Shown here in pieces: positions 36,901-50,938 of a DNA stretch of 64,000 nt (its first letter is position 1; each line of letters starts with the position of its first letter). A program made the position numbers and the translations under genes. The stretch is from NCBI GenBank assembly GCA_010909165.1, contig VJWM01000223.1, forward strand, positions 62,001 to 126,000. Reading direction: 5' to 3'. Source of the DNA: Anthoceros angustus (taxonomy: Eukaryota > Plantae > Anthocerotophyta). A model generated the notes under the pieces. That model did not search any database. It saw only the letters and a list, made by a program, of their open reading frames with translations, and had not been told where the DNA came from.

Positions 36901-38502
36901 TGCTGAACATGCGGTGCTCTGGAATCTGCTGCAGCTGGTTTTAGATGGTGCAGGCAGTATAGTCCAAAGAACGTCACGGTGCCAGTTAGGGCGTCGCGCT
37001 CATGTTGGAGGAGGCTATTTCGAGTGTTGAAGAAACCCTGGTGTATGATACTATCCTTAAGGATTACGAATCAGCTGTTCTGGACGAAAGTAGCCTCTAT
37101 TTCCTAAATATAACGCACACGCCATCGCGACCCTCACTGTACAGTTTTGTTCCAGGGGCCCTCTTGTCTCATGCTTCGTCCAGGTCAGTGTGAAGCTCTT
37201 CATGATGTCTGAGGGACGCCTTCGAAGCACATCCAAGCTAGATTTTCCGTTTGTTCATACACTCATGTGGGAGGCAACATTTCACAAAGCACGCCACACC
37301 TGCACCTGACTTCTCTGGCCCCGTGGCCCCGTCATCCAAACTCTAATCAAACATACTTGTGTACATGAAATATGAACTCTGAACTAACTGTTACATCCGA
37401 TTGATACTGGGTACTTGAGAGAGGACACTGGGTACTTGAGTAACAAACCTTGGGTGTACAGCGGGATTCTAGACAAAGATATCTGCCGTCCAGCTGTTTA
37501 CTGATGTCTACTAGAAGGTACGATTACGAGAACTGTACACAACCAAAATCTGAAGACTTACATACAACTAGGGCAACCCTCTCCCTTGCTTCAGAGTCCT
37601 CCTGCTAGTCTGCAAACTACGGACATTTCAAAACTGTGACAGCTCTCCTGCAAAACATGGCTGCCCAGGTTCAACTATCTACCAGGTCTTTTCTCCCTCT
37701 TTGTGGAAATCCGAAGCTGTTCGCCAGCAAAAAACTCTTTTATGGCACTGTCACGATGAAAAGGCATGAAAATAGACAGGTCAGTGAGACGAAAACAAAC
37801 CTGGGAGCGGAAAAGAACTTGCTTCACCTCCAGTCCGATCTGTCATTTTCGCTGCATTTGTCGGTAAGCTACTTGAGGAGGCAGGAGTTCTGTGTGCGTC
37901 CTTCATGTACCCCCTTGTTAAATTACTTTCTCTGGCCAGAAACGAAAGAGTCCTGATATGAGGTGGCATCAGGCTTCTCCTGAGAAGACAAGGCTCACCT
38001 AGTATGCCTAATCCTCGAGAAGCTGGTACAATATTCCAAACCTTTGACGTAAGATGGGCACACTGTCGCTCTTCATATTGTCGTCTTTCAGAGCTGGTGA
38101 AGAACCAAGTGACATGCACTCGAAATGCTCCGGGAACTTCTGTCCAAGCGCTGCAGCTGGCAAACATCACATCCCTGTCAGAAACTTCGGATTTGGGAAT
38201 TACATGAGCCACAAGGCACCACAGGTCCTACCTGCTACTAGCGCTGGAAAGAAAAGCAAGGAGCCATGTAGTATCCTGGCTAGGCAATTGGAGATTGACC
38301 TGAAATACATACATGCATGTGGTGGCATGACACAAACCTAGAGCTTGCTGCTTGCTGGAATGATCCAAATAAGCCGTGGACCAATTGGCGCAGTAACATG
38401 TACATAAGTGCTGAGCCATGACACTGGGAGCCACTGCGTCCTGGATCCCAAGTCCTCAGGTGGTCCGTGAGGTACCCATAACTGGGATTTCTATGATGGC
38501 AG

Positions 38503-41197
38503 CTAGGACAAGTAGAGATGAGAAAGGGCCATGGAGCGCAATGCAGCTCTGCAAGACGCCTGCCGCTGATGCTGCAACTGCGCTTCCTTGCTTAAAAGGA
38601 AGGAGGCACCGAGATGCCGCCCTGTCCCACCTGCTTCTGTGGCACATACCTGCAGCACCAGGGACGTTGTGAAAAGGTCTGCAAGGATGAAGATACAAAT
38701 GGTTCCAAGTTCAAAGCAGACCTCCGGCGACTGATTTGATGATCCCCACAGGTCTGAGAGACATGGCCGTTGCTCCCTCGCAGCCAGCCATCGTTTTTCG
38801 ACTTGCTTTCCAATTATTCTGCGAAGGGCCACAGGTTAGCTCATCGCGCACTCAGGGCTCAGGTGGGAAGGACCGGCAATATCAGCCTCATTGACCTGTC
38901 GCATACCTGGGAGCGACGACACAGGCGTTTGGAACGTCGGAGACTGGACATAGTTGCCGATACTGCCCTGCAGATTCAGGTGGAGCATCGCTCAAGGAGA
39001 TATCCTTCACGCGGGCATTAGGATGCTTATGGAGATCGTGAGACACAGCTGCGCGCAGAGCTGCGACAGGCTGGAAGTGCTCTTTTCCCACATCGGCAAG
39101 CAAGTCGACATACTTGACCGACGCATTCACCTCTGGAAGGCTGAGTCCTGTCGCAGATTCTGGAGCTCTGCCCACGCCCCTACCACCACCGACAAAGCCC
39201 AGTTGGCTGTTTGTAAACCTTGCTTTCTTCCATCTGTCCAGTCCAGAGCTGAACTGGGGTCCGATACTCCTCTGACAGGTCGCTGTGCGTGATGGCGGGT
39301 CCCTCAAGGCCCTCTTGTCCCTGTAGTGCTGAATGTTCGGAGCAAAGTGCTGTCTGGTTTGGTCTCCTCCCCCGGGAAAAGAGGGGTGATCGTATTTCTG
39401 CCGTGGTTGAGAAGCCTTCCCACTGCCAGGTCCGGAAGCTGGCTGTGTACGCTGATAGCTTTCAGGGATATTAGGGTCAACAGATTGCAGGGGAATCCTG
39501 GTTCGACAAGCTTCCCTCCTCGGAACACAGGGAATTTCACACATTGGACCAAGGCCGGTGACATCACCTCCGGGATCCTCCTTGCCGGTCAGATTATTAC
39601 CCCGGTGATACCTTCGCGCACCAGGGCTCTCCTGATCAGTTAAGCTCACCTGCCACTTGTGGGACCGGACAGCCATTCCACTGGTCATGCTTTGGTCAGC
39701 CCATCTTAATTTCCTGCACCCACTTTTGCCATCCTTCTCCTCTCCCCTCATGAAGCCTCTTCCAGAACATTCATGGGCCTGGCCCAGTTGCACAGTGGTC
39801 CCACCTGCGGCCTCCACTTTCTGCTTACGTTGGAATGGCAGCAGATGAGCCTCTGGCCCATCCCACGTGCCTACCAGCAGAATTCCAGCACTGAGCTCCC
39901 AACTCGGGCTTCTTCCGCCTTCCACGCCCTTCTCACAGCTTGGGGGCCGATAGAAGAGGCAAGAGATCAATTTCGATGCCAGCTCAATGCTCGCCAGAGA
40001 AACCCAAGATTCCGTGTCGTAGACCACAATAATGTCTCGACACCTCGGGCGCACGGCCCGGCTGGCACGACCGTAGGATACACCTGCTGCCAGAATACCT
40101 CCGTCGGATCGAAAGCAAAGGCAAACAACTGAAGCAGCGTCCTCAAAATGGACACTCTGCACCAAAACCCACTCACAGAAGGTCTCATCGCACGGGCGCC
40201 TCCAAACCCGAAGCCTCCCGACATCAGACCCCGCTGCAACCAAAGCCTCAACCCCGCAGCCACCCCGGGCAGCTGCAGGGAAGTGGAACGCAAGCGCCGA
40301 CACAGGGCAGTGGAGGGACACAGCAGGCACCGACAGCAGGTGCAAAGAACCAGTATCCGCAACCTCCCACATCTTCACCTCTCCGTTCCCACACCCCACT
40401 GCCACGCCTGCTCTGCCGTAGAACACCAAACTCCCGCGACGGAATTCATCCAAAGACTCGAAACCCCACCGCAAAAACCCTGCAGCATGCCTTGCCACCA
40501 AGGCTCCGTCCAGAAGCCTCCAAATGCACAGCGACCCATCCGCAGCTGCGGACGCCACGGCCACCCCATCGTCCCTCACTGCCACGCAAACCAGCGGAGC
40601 CGAGTGCTGCCCCATGCAAGACACCGTGGATCGCAGAAGAGGCACATCCGGAACAGAAACAGCACCCGAACCGCTGCCACCCGCTGCCCACGCTCCATCC
40701 CCTCCCCTCTCATGCGCACACCACGAGCGAGCCTGAAACCGGCCGAACCGGAGGGGCCGAGGGCTGCCCCCCGGGAGGCGGGCAAGCAGGATGCGCGGGG
40801 AGCTCGCCTGGAAAAACACGATCTCGTTCTGCCTGCCCGGGATGAAGGAGAAGGAGCCCCAGGGGAGGGCTTGCGCTACCAGGCCTGGCCGCGCCTCCAA
40901 GCCATCGTTGCCACAGTGCAGGGGAGCGGACATCCGCCAGTGGGAGCAGTAGGAGAGATGGAGCTGGAACTGCGCACACAGAGACAGGTAAGGCTGGATG
41001 CCTCCACCTCGAGTTTCCAGGGTGTAGGTGCGGAGAATGCCCGAAGCCGTGCACAGGGCCAGGTGGAAGGCGTGATTCGGGTCCCAAATCACGTCTCCGC
41101 CGCTTCTATGTGAGTGCTCGGTTGCACACTCCGGCATCAGGCGAACCAGCTCCAGCTCCGGGCTCGCCATGTTGACGGCGCGGGGGAGTTCGACCAT
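38503..41197 (-). CDS. WD40-repeat protein with long low-complexity C-terminus, function unknown
   Basis: 769-aa ORF with WD-like repeats: 'GQHSAPLVCVAVRDDGVAVASAAADGSLCIWRL', 'AVGCGNGEVKMWEV', 'AAGSDVGRLRVWRR'. Two small 3' exons are inferred (donor ~38906, acceptor ~38819, stop 38503), so the 3' end is uncertain. Confidence 0.65.
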
Positions 41198-41850
41198 TCA
41201 GGCCATCCATCGTTCCCTTGCCGCGTTGCGCAGAAAGAAACATGACCGGCAAGAAGACACTTTCAAATTTGCAAGCGCCACAACGCACTGGAGTCTAATT
41301 TTTACAGTAGCTACCTCTACTTCCATTGATTTACATCCCGCTAGCTCGTTTACACCTAGTCTTAAACCTAGTTAGTTTAGGTAGGTGTAAACAGAAATAG
41401 AACTTCTGTTAACTCCATGTTTAGATATAAATAATAATAAAATTGTAAATATTTAGATATAAATAGAAGTAGACTTAGGTAGCATGTCAAAATAAGAAGT
41501 GATAGGGCCACTTCATATGTACACTCTGACTTGTACAAAATCGACTTCATCGTGCACACTGCAAAACTTAACTCTCTATCAAAACTTAACTCTCAATGAG
41601 AGAATGGCTCAAATTGAGTCGTTTGCACGCTATTCATACTCATGCCCAAAAAACAATCTGTTTTTTTGGCCACTCTTGTGCACTGTGGTTCGCTCCCTTC
41701 TCTCATCGAAAGCTCAAAAGACATAGACATCGATTGCATAGTAGAATCGAGGAAAAAATACACATGGAGTGTCTATGTATGGATGTATCTCTTCCCCTCT
41801 CTTCCGCTATATGTGGTCGGAGTGTGCCCCAATTTTGGTCGTACTGTATA

Positions 41851-41960
41851 TAGACTTGTATAAAAATCCGGGTTGACGAGAACGGCCGGCCAAGAAGTCT
41901 AATTTCGTAGACTTGTATAAAAATCCGCGTTGACGAGAACGGCCAGCCAAGAAGTCGAAA
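41851..41960. repeat. 57-bp tandem duplication
   Basis: 'tagacttgtataaaaatccg(g/c)gttgacgagaacggcc(g/a)gccaagaagtc' at 41851 and 41908. Confidence 0.85.
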
Positions 41961-42062
41961 TTAGAAAATTTTAAGCAGTGTCATATACCATCTAAAGCAG
42001 GACTCTACCTGCCTGCCTTGGATGTTTGAGTTTGGACGGGATTCTGACAGTGACTGAACCTC

Positions 42063-42424
42063 TCAACTAAAATTTGAAATGACTGCTCTTCAATGAAACG
42101 TCTATACCCCAAGCACGCCATGATCACACTATTGTACCCTCGTCTTCTTCTGATCATCCATCTGTTTCAACTAAACTTTGAAATGATTGCTCTTCAATAA
42201 AGCGTCTATACCCAAGCACGCCATGATCACACTATTGTACCCTCGTCTTCTTCTGATCATCTATCTGCTTCAACTAAAATTTGAAATGACTGCTCTTCAA
42301 TAAAGCATCATCAGAAGCTATGCAACATTTCCTTGTAGTTGTCATTGCAAGAAGCTATGCAACGTTCCCTTGTAGTTGTCATTGTAAGAAGCTATGCAAC
42401 GTTCCCTTGTAGTTGTCATTGCAA
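42063..42424. repeat. Adjacent minisatellites (~104-bp x2.3, then 37-bp x3)
   Basis: 'tcaactaaaatttgaaatgactgctcttcaat' at 42063, 42167 and 42270; 'gaagctatgcaac.ttcc.ttgtagttgtcattg' at 42314, 42351 and 42388. Confidence 0.85.
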
Positions 42425-44759
42425 GTAGCACATCTGCTATTTTTAGTGGTGGGACTCTTCCTCCTCCTTTGAGTAATACAGGATTCAAATACTTGAGAAG
42501 AGAGCATTATGCTCTCATTTGTGATACTTTCAAGAGCCGAAAAATTATAGTGTCTTGTTCGGTGGAGCTAAGAAGACCGCATAGGTAGTCATATGCATTT
42601 TCTGTTACCACAGAGTTTGTGACAATGCTTACCGTCCTCAAACGTTTCAGATTTTTTAATCACAAATGGACTCCACCTCTCCAAACGCATTTGGCGTTAC
42701 ATGAATAATTTCAAGAAAGCATGTGTTTGTTCAGCATAATACGAGGGGAGGGTTGCATGCAGGGGCACATATCCAGGGCTCACATTTGGTGAGAATTAAA
42801 TTAGAGAAGATGTGTCCTATTTACGACTGGATACATGCTTTATTTGGCCAGACACCAAATATACAACCCCCTACCGTTCTCGATCATGGATTGCACAATT
42901 ACTTGAGTGAGCAACTTTCAATTCCATTTTTTGGCTACATTCACAATTCCACAATGAGTTTTTCTTGACTCCTTTCCAGATATGTAGCATATCCATGAAT
43001 ATATTTTGTTATGTTTTTTGCTTCAAAAATTCATGTTTTGCTTGAGATAAATAACAAAAACTTACCTATGAAACACAACTTTTACCACGGGAATCAGAAT
43101 TTGCAGTCCCACTTACGATTCAGGATATCTTTGAATGCGGCAGTTGTTGCATCTTCAGCTCAAGTGGTGAATAGCCCCTTCTCTATTCCAAACTATGACA
43201 TCTTAGGGGCGGTAGGTACTTTAGGGTAGACAATCGCAAGGGCTAGCCCCCCTTGGCTTGGGGCTCTCTAGTGGGTTGTTGCCCATGGCCTCGGTGTAGA
43301 TGGGACTTCCCATCTCTGCATATTTTTTGAAGCATCCGTGCTCTCTTATAAATCATATATTTTGATCCACAAGGACATTAAAGGATAAAAATGTATTTTA
43401 ATAATTTTTAAAATATTTTAATAAAATTAAAAACTAGTTATGGCAATTCAAAGGATGCTATATAAGAGTGAACCTAAATACCAAAGGTTTATATATATTT
43501 TGAGTGAACCTAAATACGAAAGGTTTATATATATTTTGTGTGCTTGCTTACATATAAGAACAAAGTCTTCACTTCAACGGGTTGTACTACTAGAGCCTAT
43601 TTTGAAAAGTTTTTTTTTTCTCTCTAAAAATTAAAAAATATTTTGGTGTGGTTTTTTCAACCAAAATAATAATTTTCAAATAAAAGAACAGATCATTCTG
43701 CTTTATTTGCAATGAATGGTTTTTGTACAAGAGAATAATAATAATATGATGCTACTGATAGTATTCATTCAGATTATTGAAAAAATATTTCAACTTTAGT
43801 ACTTCAAGACCCACCTCTCACTCCTACTCAATACTATCTATCACTACATGGGATATAAGGACTTGTACGTTAATTTGGTCTCATGTACCTTAACTTTAGG
43901 CAATTGTGAGAAACGATTCGGCCGTCTTTACTCATCTCTTATGTGCTTATTGGCTTGTCCAACTCCTTGACTGTTTTATGGAGTTTATTATTTGCCTGAC
44001 ATCGTAGTAGGCTTTTTCCATGACTTGGCTTGCCATTAAGCACAAGGCACATGCCATGATGTGGTGTACAACATCCATACACATACCAGCATGGCTTGGC
44101 TCACCATTAAGCACAAGCTACATGCTATGATGTGGTGTATAACATCCATTTACACTAGCTTATTATCATGTGATTACGTTGTTACTGAATGCTTAGCTGA
44201 ATTACATGCAAACTCCACTATTGCTAGGACTTCTTACCATTTGCGTTATCTATCATGGCAATACGGTATGAAAAGATCCTCCATAGTCTACTTGAGCTTC
44301 TCACTTGCTCTAAGTATGGAGAAAGAGGCACTTCTTGAGAAAGAGGCAACTTAGAGGACTTACAACAATTGGTGTAAGATATTATTGGAATGAGGCCATT
44401 ATTGTAAAACTTCTTAACTAGATTTGACGATAAGTTGACATGGAAGAGTGTGTTGATATGGTAGGCTGCCGGTAGACAAAATTATGATGTTGGAGTTATT
44501 GTCTGGATAACGGATGAGGTAAATAGATGAAATTGTAACTAATTCCTGGAAATGATTTATGACAAGAAATATCCGAGATGTGTCGTGTGTGGCAGTGTGC
44601 CTGGTGGGTCGCGTGGAGCGTGGCGTAAATCGCATGATACATAATTCGGTCGCGTGGAGCGTGAAGCCTGGAGCCTGGAGCCGGGACCGGATGGGGAGCA
44701 TCTGTGGCACGTGGCAGGGGTAAAAGGAAAGCGGCGCAGGATACCGGGAATAGCCGGTG

Positions 44760-44848
44760 GCCGGGGCCTGGGGAGGCAGGGGAGCCAGGGGAGGCAGGGG
44801 AGCCAGGGGAGCCAGGGTGAGCCAGGGGACCCAGGGGACCCAGGGCCA
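44760..44848. repeat. 9-bp minisatellite (GGGAGCCAG-like) upstream of the Argonaute gene
   Basis: About nine imperfect ggggagcca/ggggaccca units. Confidence 0.75.
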
Positions 44849-45621
44849 GGCAGACGGCAGTACAAATGAGTAAAAGAAAGGGGAAGGCGGTTGCGGCTCA
44901 TTTATGGGGCGCGTCATGATTGCCGTTTTTGCGTGGGATGCCGTCGTCGCCGTCGCGTAGCTGCTGCCCTGACGGCGCCCGAGGCCCACTGCCGCTTTTA
45001 TGACCCTCCCCTGTACAGTACCCACTCCTATGTATGTACATACACTGTTGTATACATACATACATATATGTATACGCTGCTGGGTGGCGCTAAAAATAGT
45101 AAATCCGCCTGCCGCCCTGGGCCTGCTAATCGTACCTACTGTAATGAGGCGTCAAATGATCACCACTCTTCGATTTTAGCATCCTCGCCTCGCCTTCCGC
45201 GTTGCTGTATATATATGTGGGTAAGTACATCCTGCTCCTCATTACGCCCCCCAACACAACACAGCCACAGCCTGTCCCGGACTCCCGCGGCGTTATACGG
45301 ATTAAAAGGGCAGCCAGCCCGACCCGAACCTCTCCCCGCCTCCCTATTCCTATTCCTATTCCTGATCCCTCTCTCCCCGCTGCTCCTCTGCTGCTGGGCC
45401 TGGGTCTGGGTCTCTTCTCCCCCGCGCCAAAATCCGCGCCTTCCTGCTCCTCCTGCCGTGCCTTGTGCTCTGCGGCTGAGCGCCTCGGAGCTCTCAAGGC
45501 GGCCCTCTCCGCGGCCCTCGCAAGCTGCCGGCGTCCGCACCCGCATGCGCTGGCGTAGCGGTCTCGCGCACTCTCGCTTCTCCTTCTCCTCCTCCTCCTC
45601 CTTCCTGCTGCGCTGCCCGCA

Positions 45622-48600
45622 ATGCCGAGGCGCCGCAGAACCGGCAGGGAAGGGCAGCCGGAGCGGCCGGATGCCCCCGCCTGCCGCTCCCGCTGCTGCA
45701 GCATTCGCCCCGGTGACGGCAGGGGAGGCGGCGGCGGCGGGCCTCACCCGGTGCGCTACCAGCCTCCTCCTGCTCCATCTTCTTCCGGGAGCGTCGTCGC
45801 CGCCAGGGCGCCATTCGTGTCTCGCCCTTCAATGCCGCGGCGCTCCTTACTCCCCGGCGGGAGGCGACCCTACGCAGTTGCACCACCAGCAGCGGCAGCA
45901 GCAGCAGCAGCCTCGCGCGCTGCCGCGGTATGTGCAAATCGGGCCTTCGGCTCCGCCTCCGCCTGCGCCTGCGCCTGCTCTCGCTCGCCATTTCGCGCCG
46001 GCGCCGGAGCCGCCAGTGGAGACAATCACGCAGCTGCAATTGCAGCCCGCGGAGCCTGAGTCCGTGGCACCGCCTCCCGCCTCCAGCCGCGCTCTCAGGT
46101 ACCCCAGGCGGCCCGGAAAGGGAGTTGTCGGCCGCAGGTGCATCGTCAAGGCTAATCACTTCTTCGCCAACCTCCCCGACAAGGACTTGCATCAATACGA
46201 CGTATGCTTCTCTGCTCTTCCTTCCCCGAGCCCGCACATTTTTTTGACTTTTTTTTTTTTGGTGCTAATTTCGCCTGTTGTTGTTGTTGTGGTTGTGGTT
46301 GTCGTGTAGGTTGCAATCGTGCCGGAAGTGGCGTCCCGGGGCGTGAACAGAGCGGTGATCCGGGAGCTTATCAGCGTGTATAATGCGGACATGGGGACCA
46401 GGCTGCCCGTCTACGATGGCCGGAAGAGCCTCTACACGGCCGGCCCGCTGCCGTTTCAGCACAAGGAATTTGAAGTTAGATTGGTGGACGACGCCGAGTC
46501 CGGCACCATGGGCAAAGCGTGAGCCTTCAGCTGCGGGTTCTGCTTGCTTTCGTTTTCTTGCCTCTGTTGGATGCTCTCAGTGTGTGGCATTTTGTGGCCT
46601 GGCAGGCCCCGGGAGAGGCCGTTCAAGGTCACTATCAAGTTTGCGGCCCGGGCAGACCTTCACCACTTGGGAGAGTTCTTGAAGGGGAAGCAGGCGGATG
46701 CACCGCAGGAAGCGCTGCAGGTTTTGGACATTGTCTTGCGGGAGCTTCCCACCACCAGGTGCCCTGCCATTCCCTTCGGCTTCCCTGCCCTTCCCTCCCT
46801 TGCTTTTGTTGCTGCGCTTTTTTTGCTCAAGTAGGTGAGTGCTATCCTGCAAGTACGCCCACACGCGGCGGAGATCCTGCTTCTCTGCTGCTGCTGTTGT
46901 CAGGTTTTTACTAGTACATACGTCTCTGTCTCTGTCTCTCTCTGTCTCTCTCTCTCTCTCTGTCCCCTCCTCATCCTCTCTCTCCCTCTTCCCCCCGCAA
47001 GGAAACGTCAATGTGGTGGATGTCGCGGATGTATTCTCAGCGATGGTGGCTCACATGGCTTCTTCATTCTGCTTCACAGATACACTCCGGTCGGTCGCTC
47101 TTTCTACTCGCCGAATCTCGGTCGCCTGAGTCTCGGAGAAGGACTGGAAGCATGGCGAGGGTTCTACCAAAGTATTCGACCCACCCAAATGGGTCTATCT
47201 CTCAACATTGGTACGCCAAACCACCTCCATTTAATCCTCCAGATGAGTCTAACTTGTGTTGTTTTTACTGGAAGCCATTCCCTGCTCATTACAGTTTGTA
47301 AACTGTTGCTGCAGACATGTCCGCCACGGCCTTTCTGGAATCTCAGCCGGTTGTTCAGTTCGTGGAAAAGCTGTTGGGGAGGGCGCTACAAAATCGGCCT
47401 CTAACTGATGTGGAGCGTGTCAAGGTATGCTTGCGTACACTGTCGGTGTCATCACTGACACCAACTAATTCTCAAGTTTTTGGCGGCGATAACTCCCGAT
47501 GCAACTGCACTGGCCAGATCAAGAAAGCTTTACGAGGGATCAAGGTGGAGGTCACCCACAGGGGACCAATGAGGCGGAAGTATCGCGTCTCGGGCCTGAC
47601 AACTCAAACCACTGCTGATTTGAGGTGCTTCTGCACTTATCTTCTGCAATTTGGTCTCATCCACTGCGAAATGAGCAGTGACATGCACGGATGACTTGAG
47701 TCAACTGAAAGTGCTGTTATGTTGTCCTGTAGGTTCCCTGTGGACCAAGACCAGAATATGATGTCTGTGGCAGACTATTTCTGGCGTACCTACGAGTACA
47801 GACTCGAGAGGCTGAACCTTCCTTGTCTCCAGGTTGGCAACCAACAACGGCCGAATTACCTGCCTATGGAGGTAAGCTACCGTTTGCATCTGGAAGGTAG
47901 ACGTTAGTAGTTCTACTCCACGCTTGTGGTAATGCTATTATTGCCCTGCAGGTTTGCAAAATTGTGGAGGGCCAGCGCTTTTCGAAACGCCTGAATGAAA
48001 AACAGATTACTGCTCTTCTCAGGATCACTTGTCAAAAGCCTTATGATCGTGAGGACGACATTCGGAGAGTATGTCCCTTAAGCAGCGCTTTTCCTTATTG
48101 CCTGCGCTCTGAGGAAATGCAGGGCTGTATATCCTTGCCAAACCTAACCTTGGCGAGTGTGTTCATTTCCCCCAGACCGTGCAACAGAACGATTACGATC
48201 GTGACAGGTTTGCCCAGGAGTTCGGCATCAAAATCAGTAGGGACTTGGCCACTGTTGAGGCACGCATATTGCCGGCTCCATGGGTTAGTATCATTCAGCA
48301 CTTAAGTGATTTCTGCAAGACCTTGTCATCATCTAATTCAAATTGTGAAAATATTGTCGGTGTCCAGCTCACGTACAACGATTCTGGAAAGGAAAAAGAG
48401 TGTCAACCCGCAGTTGGGCAGTGGAACATGTTGAACAAAGTGAGTTATTTTCTCTGCCAGCTGCTTTTTGCACGGGATTTATATTAATGTGTACCTAGCT
48501 CACTAAGTGGCCTTGCGCGTGCGTCCAGAAAATGGTGAACGGGGGCAAAGTGTCACACTGGGCTTGTGTGAATTTTTCACGCAACATCTCTACTGGCGTG

Positions 48601-50938
48601 GCATCTGACTTTTGCAAAAGGCTGGCTGACATGTGTGAAACATCTGGCATGGTGAGCCTCACTAAAAGCTTGCTGTGATTCTGTTTGTGAGAGAATTGCA
48701 AACGGATTGTAAGCCTTGTGATTTTTGTGATCTCTGTGTGGTGCAGCAATTCAGTGGAGAACCTGTGGTGAAGATTGCTGATCCTTCTCGCCCGGACCAG
48801 GTGGAAAGGGCTCTGAAGCAAGTCTGGAAGATGTGCAATGCTAAACTTCCCAGTGGGAAGAACCTGGATCTTTTAATAGCCATTCTTCCAGACCAAAATG
48901 GTGCCTTGTACGGTGTGTGCATCATACCTTGCCAAGTAACCTCGGATTGCCTGGCTGGTGCTGTGCCTGTGTATGTCTGGTGTGTAGCTGTTCCCTGATT
49001 GTGGTACAATCTGGCAGGTGATCTGAAGAGAATATGTGAAACTGACCTTGGAGTCGTTTCACAATGCTGTCTCACTAAGCATGTGTACAAGATGAGCAAA
49101 CAGTATCTGGCAAATGTTGCTTTGAAGATCAATGTGAAGGTGTGTGACGCAAGTTTCCTGATGCTATTTGTAACTTCCAGCTGTGCAAGTGCCGGTCTCA
49201 AGAGTTTGAATTGTGAATACGGACCTCGTTTTCAGGTTGGAGGGCGAAATACTGTTTTAAGGGACGCTCTGGCAAAGAGGTTGCCTATGATTGAGGATAC
49301 TGCTACCATTATCTTTGGAGCAGATGTGACTCATCCACATCCTGGAGAAGATTCCAGTCCATCAATAGCAGCGGTTGGGATGGATCTCCCATATGCTTCG
49401 TTTCAAGGCCTCACTTCTAGGATCGAGTTTCGCTTGACTTTAATTTGTCATGCTTGCGCAGGTCGTTGCTTCACAGGACTGGCCTGAAGTAACTCAGTAT
49501 GCTGGCCTTGTCAGCGCTCAAGCTCACAGGCAGGAGTTAATTCAGGACCTGTACACTGAAAGGACAGATGCCCAACGAGGAGGCGGTGGAATGATTATGT
49601 ATGACAATGTGGTCTGATTGATGCGGCCGCAACATTGGTGGAAGCTGAAGTTGTGTAATGTTGGGATCATAACCTGTGCCTCTGCTGGTGTAGTGACCTC
49701 TTAAAGTCCTTCTATAATCGCACTCGACTGAAACCGCGGCGGATCATCTTCTACAGGTACCTTTTGACGCGCGAGTTTGTAGTGGTCATTTCAAATCACG
49801 GAATACTTAAATACTGTGTTGTCCCTTCAGAGACGGAGTCAGTGAAGGTCAATTTTATCAAGTACTCTTCTTCGAGTTGAATGCCATCCGAAAGGTACAG
49901 CCGACTGTGCATCTGCGTCCATATGCTGTGGATAGTTCCAATTTTATTTCATCTGTTATTGACAACTAAGACTCTTGCGATCAGGCTTGTGCCACCCTTG
50001 AGGAAGGTTATCAGCCTCCTGTCACATTTGTTGTTGTGCAAAAGCGCCATCATACCCGGCTTTTCCCTCATAACTACGACGACAAAAGATCCATGGATAG
50101 AAGTGACAACATCCTTCCAGGTACCATCGTCCTTCATGTCATCCGCTTCACCTGTTGTGCGAGTCGGATGGCGTCTTCTGGTGACTTCGTTGTAACAGAC
50201 GTCGGAACTCTTTCCAGGCACAGTAGTGGATACGCAAATTTGCCATCCTACGGAGTTCGACTTCTATCTGTGCAGTCACGCGGGTATCCAGGTAAGAATT
50301 TATTTGGATCTGTGTGAATTCGCGGACATATCTTCTGGGGGAATTGGGTTGTCATCTGATCCGCGTCTTAACCGAGCAGGGGACCAGTAGGCCTGCTCAC
50401 TATCACGTTCTCTGGGACGAGAACAAGTTCTCCGCCGATACATTGCAGACTTTGACAAACAACCTGTGTTACACGTTAGTATCTCCTTACTGTGTACTTT
50501 CGTGTAGCTGCTCGCTCCTTCAGATCTGTGTGCAAGCACAGCTGTAATTTTGTTGATTCACCCCTGCCATTCCGTTTGCAGATATGCCAGATGTACACGA
50601 TCCGTGTCTATAGGTAAATTCTCTTGTCCTCTTGCAGGTGCTCTATTTCACCGCTTTTGTACCCCTTTCCATTAGTTTGCCATAACTTCTTGGCCCCTGC
50701 TGGGTATGCAGTGCCACCGGCGTATTATGCACATCTCGCAGCTTTCCGAGCTCGCTTTTACTTGGAACCGGACAACTCCGATAGTGGATCCTTCACTAGT
50801 GGGGGAGGAGTGCCTGGAAGGCATGCGAGTACTGAGAGCGGAGGGTCGAGGAATACAACACGGGCAGGTGGACCGTCTGCGATTCGTCCCCTGCCGTCTT
50901 TGAAGGAGAGCATCAAGAGAGTTATGTTCTTTTGCTGA
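45622..50938 (+). CDS. Argonaute, AGO1/5/10 clade, about 20 short introns, intact DEDH slicer tetrad
   Basis: [112 protein letters not shown]. The start 'MPRRRRTG' (like AGO1 MVRKRRT) needs a frame correction in the GC-rich exon 1; an alternative in-frame ATG is at 45671. Confidence 0.93.

Noticed and set aside
45868-45892. miR168 target site in the Argonaute
   Set aside because: Only a short TGCACCA core matches the expected complement; there are too many mismatches elsewhere.
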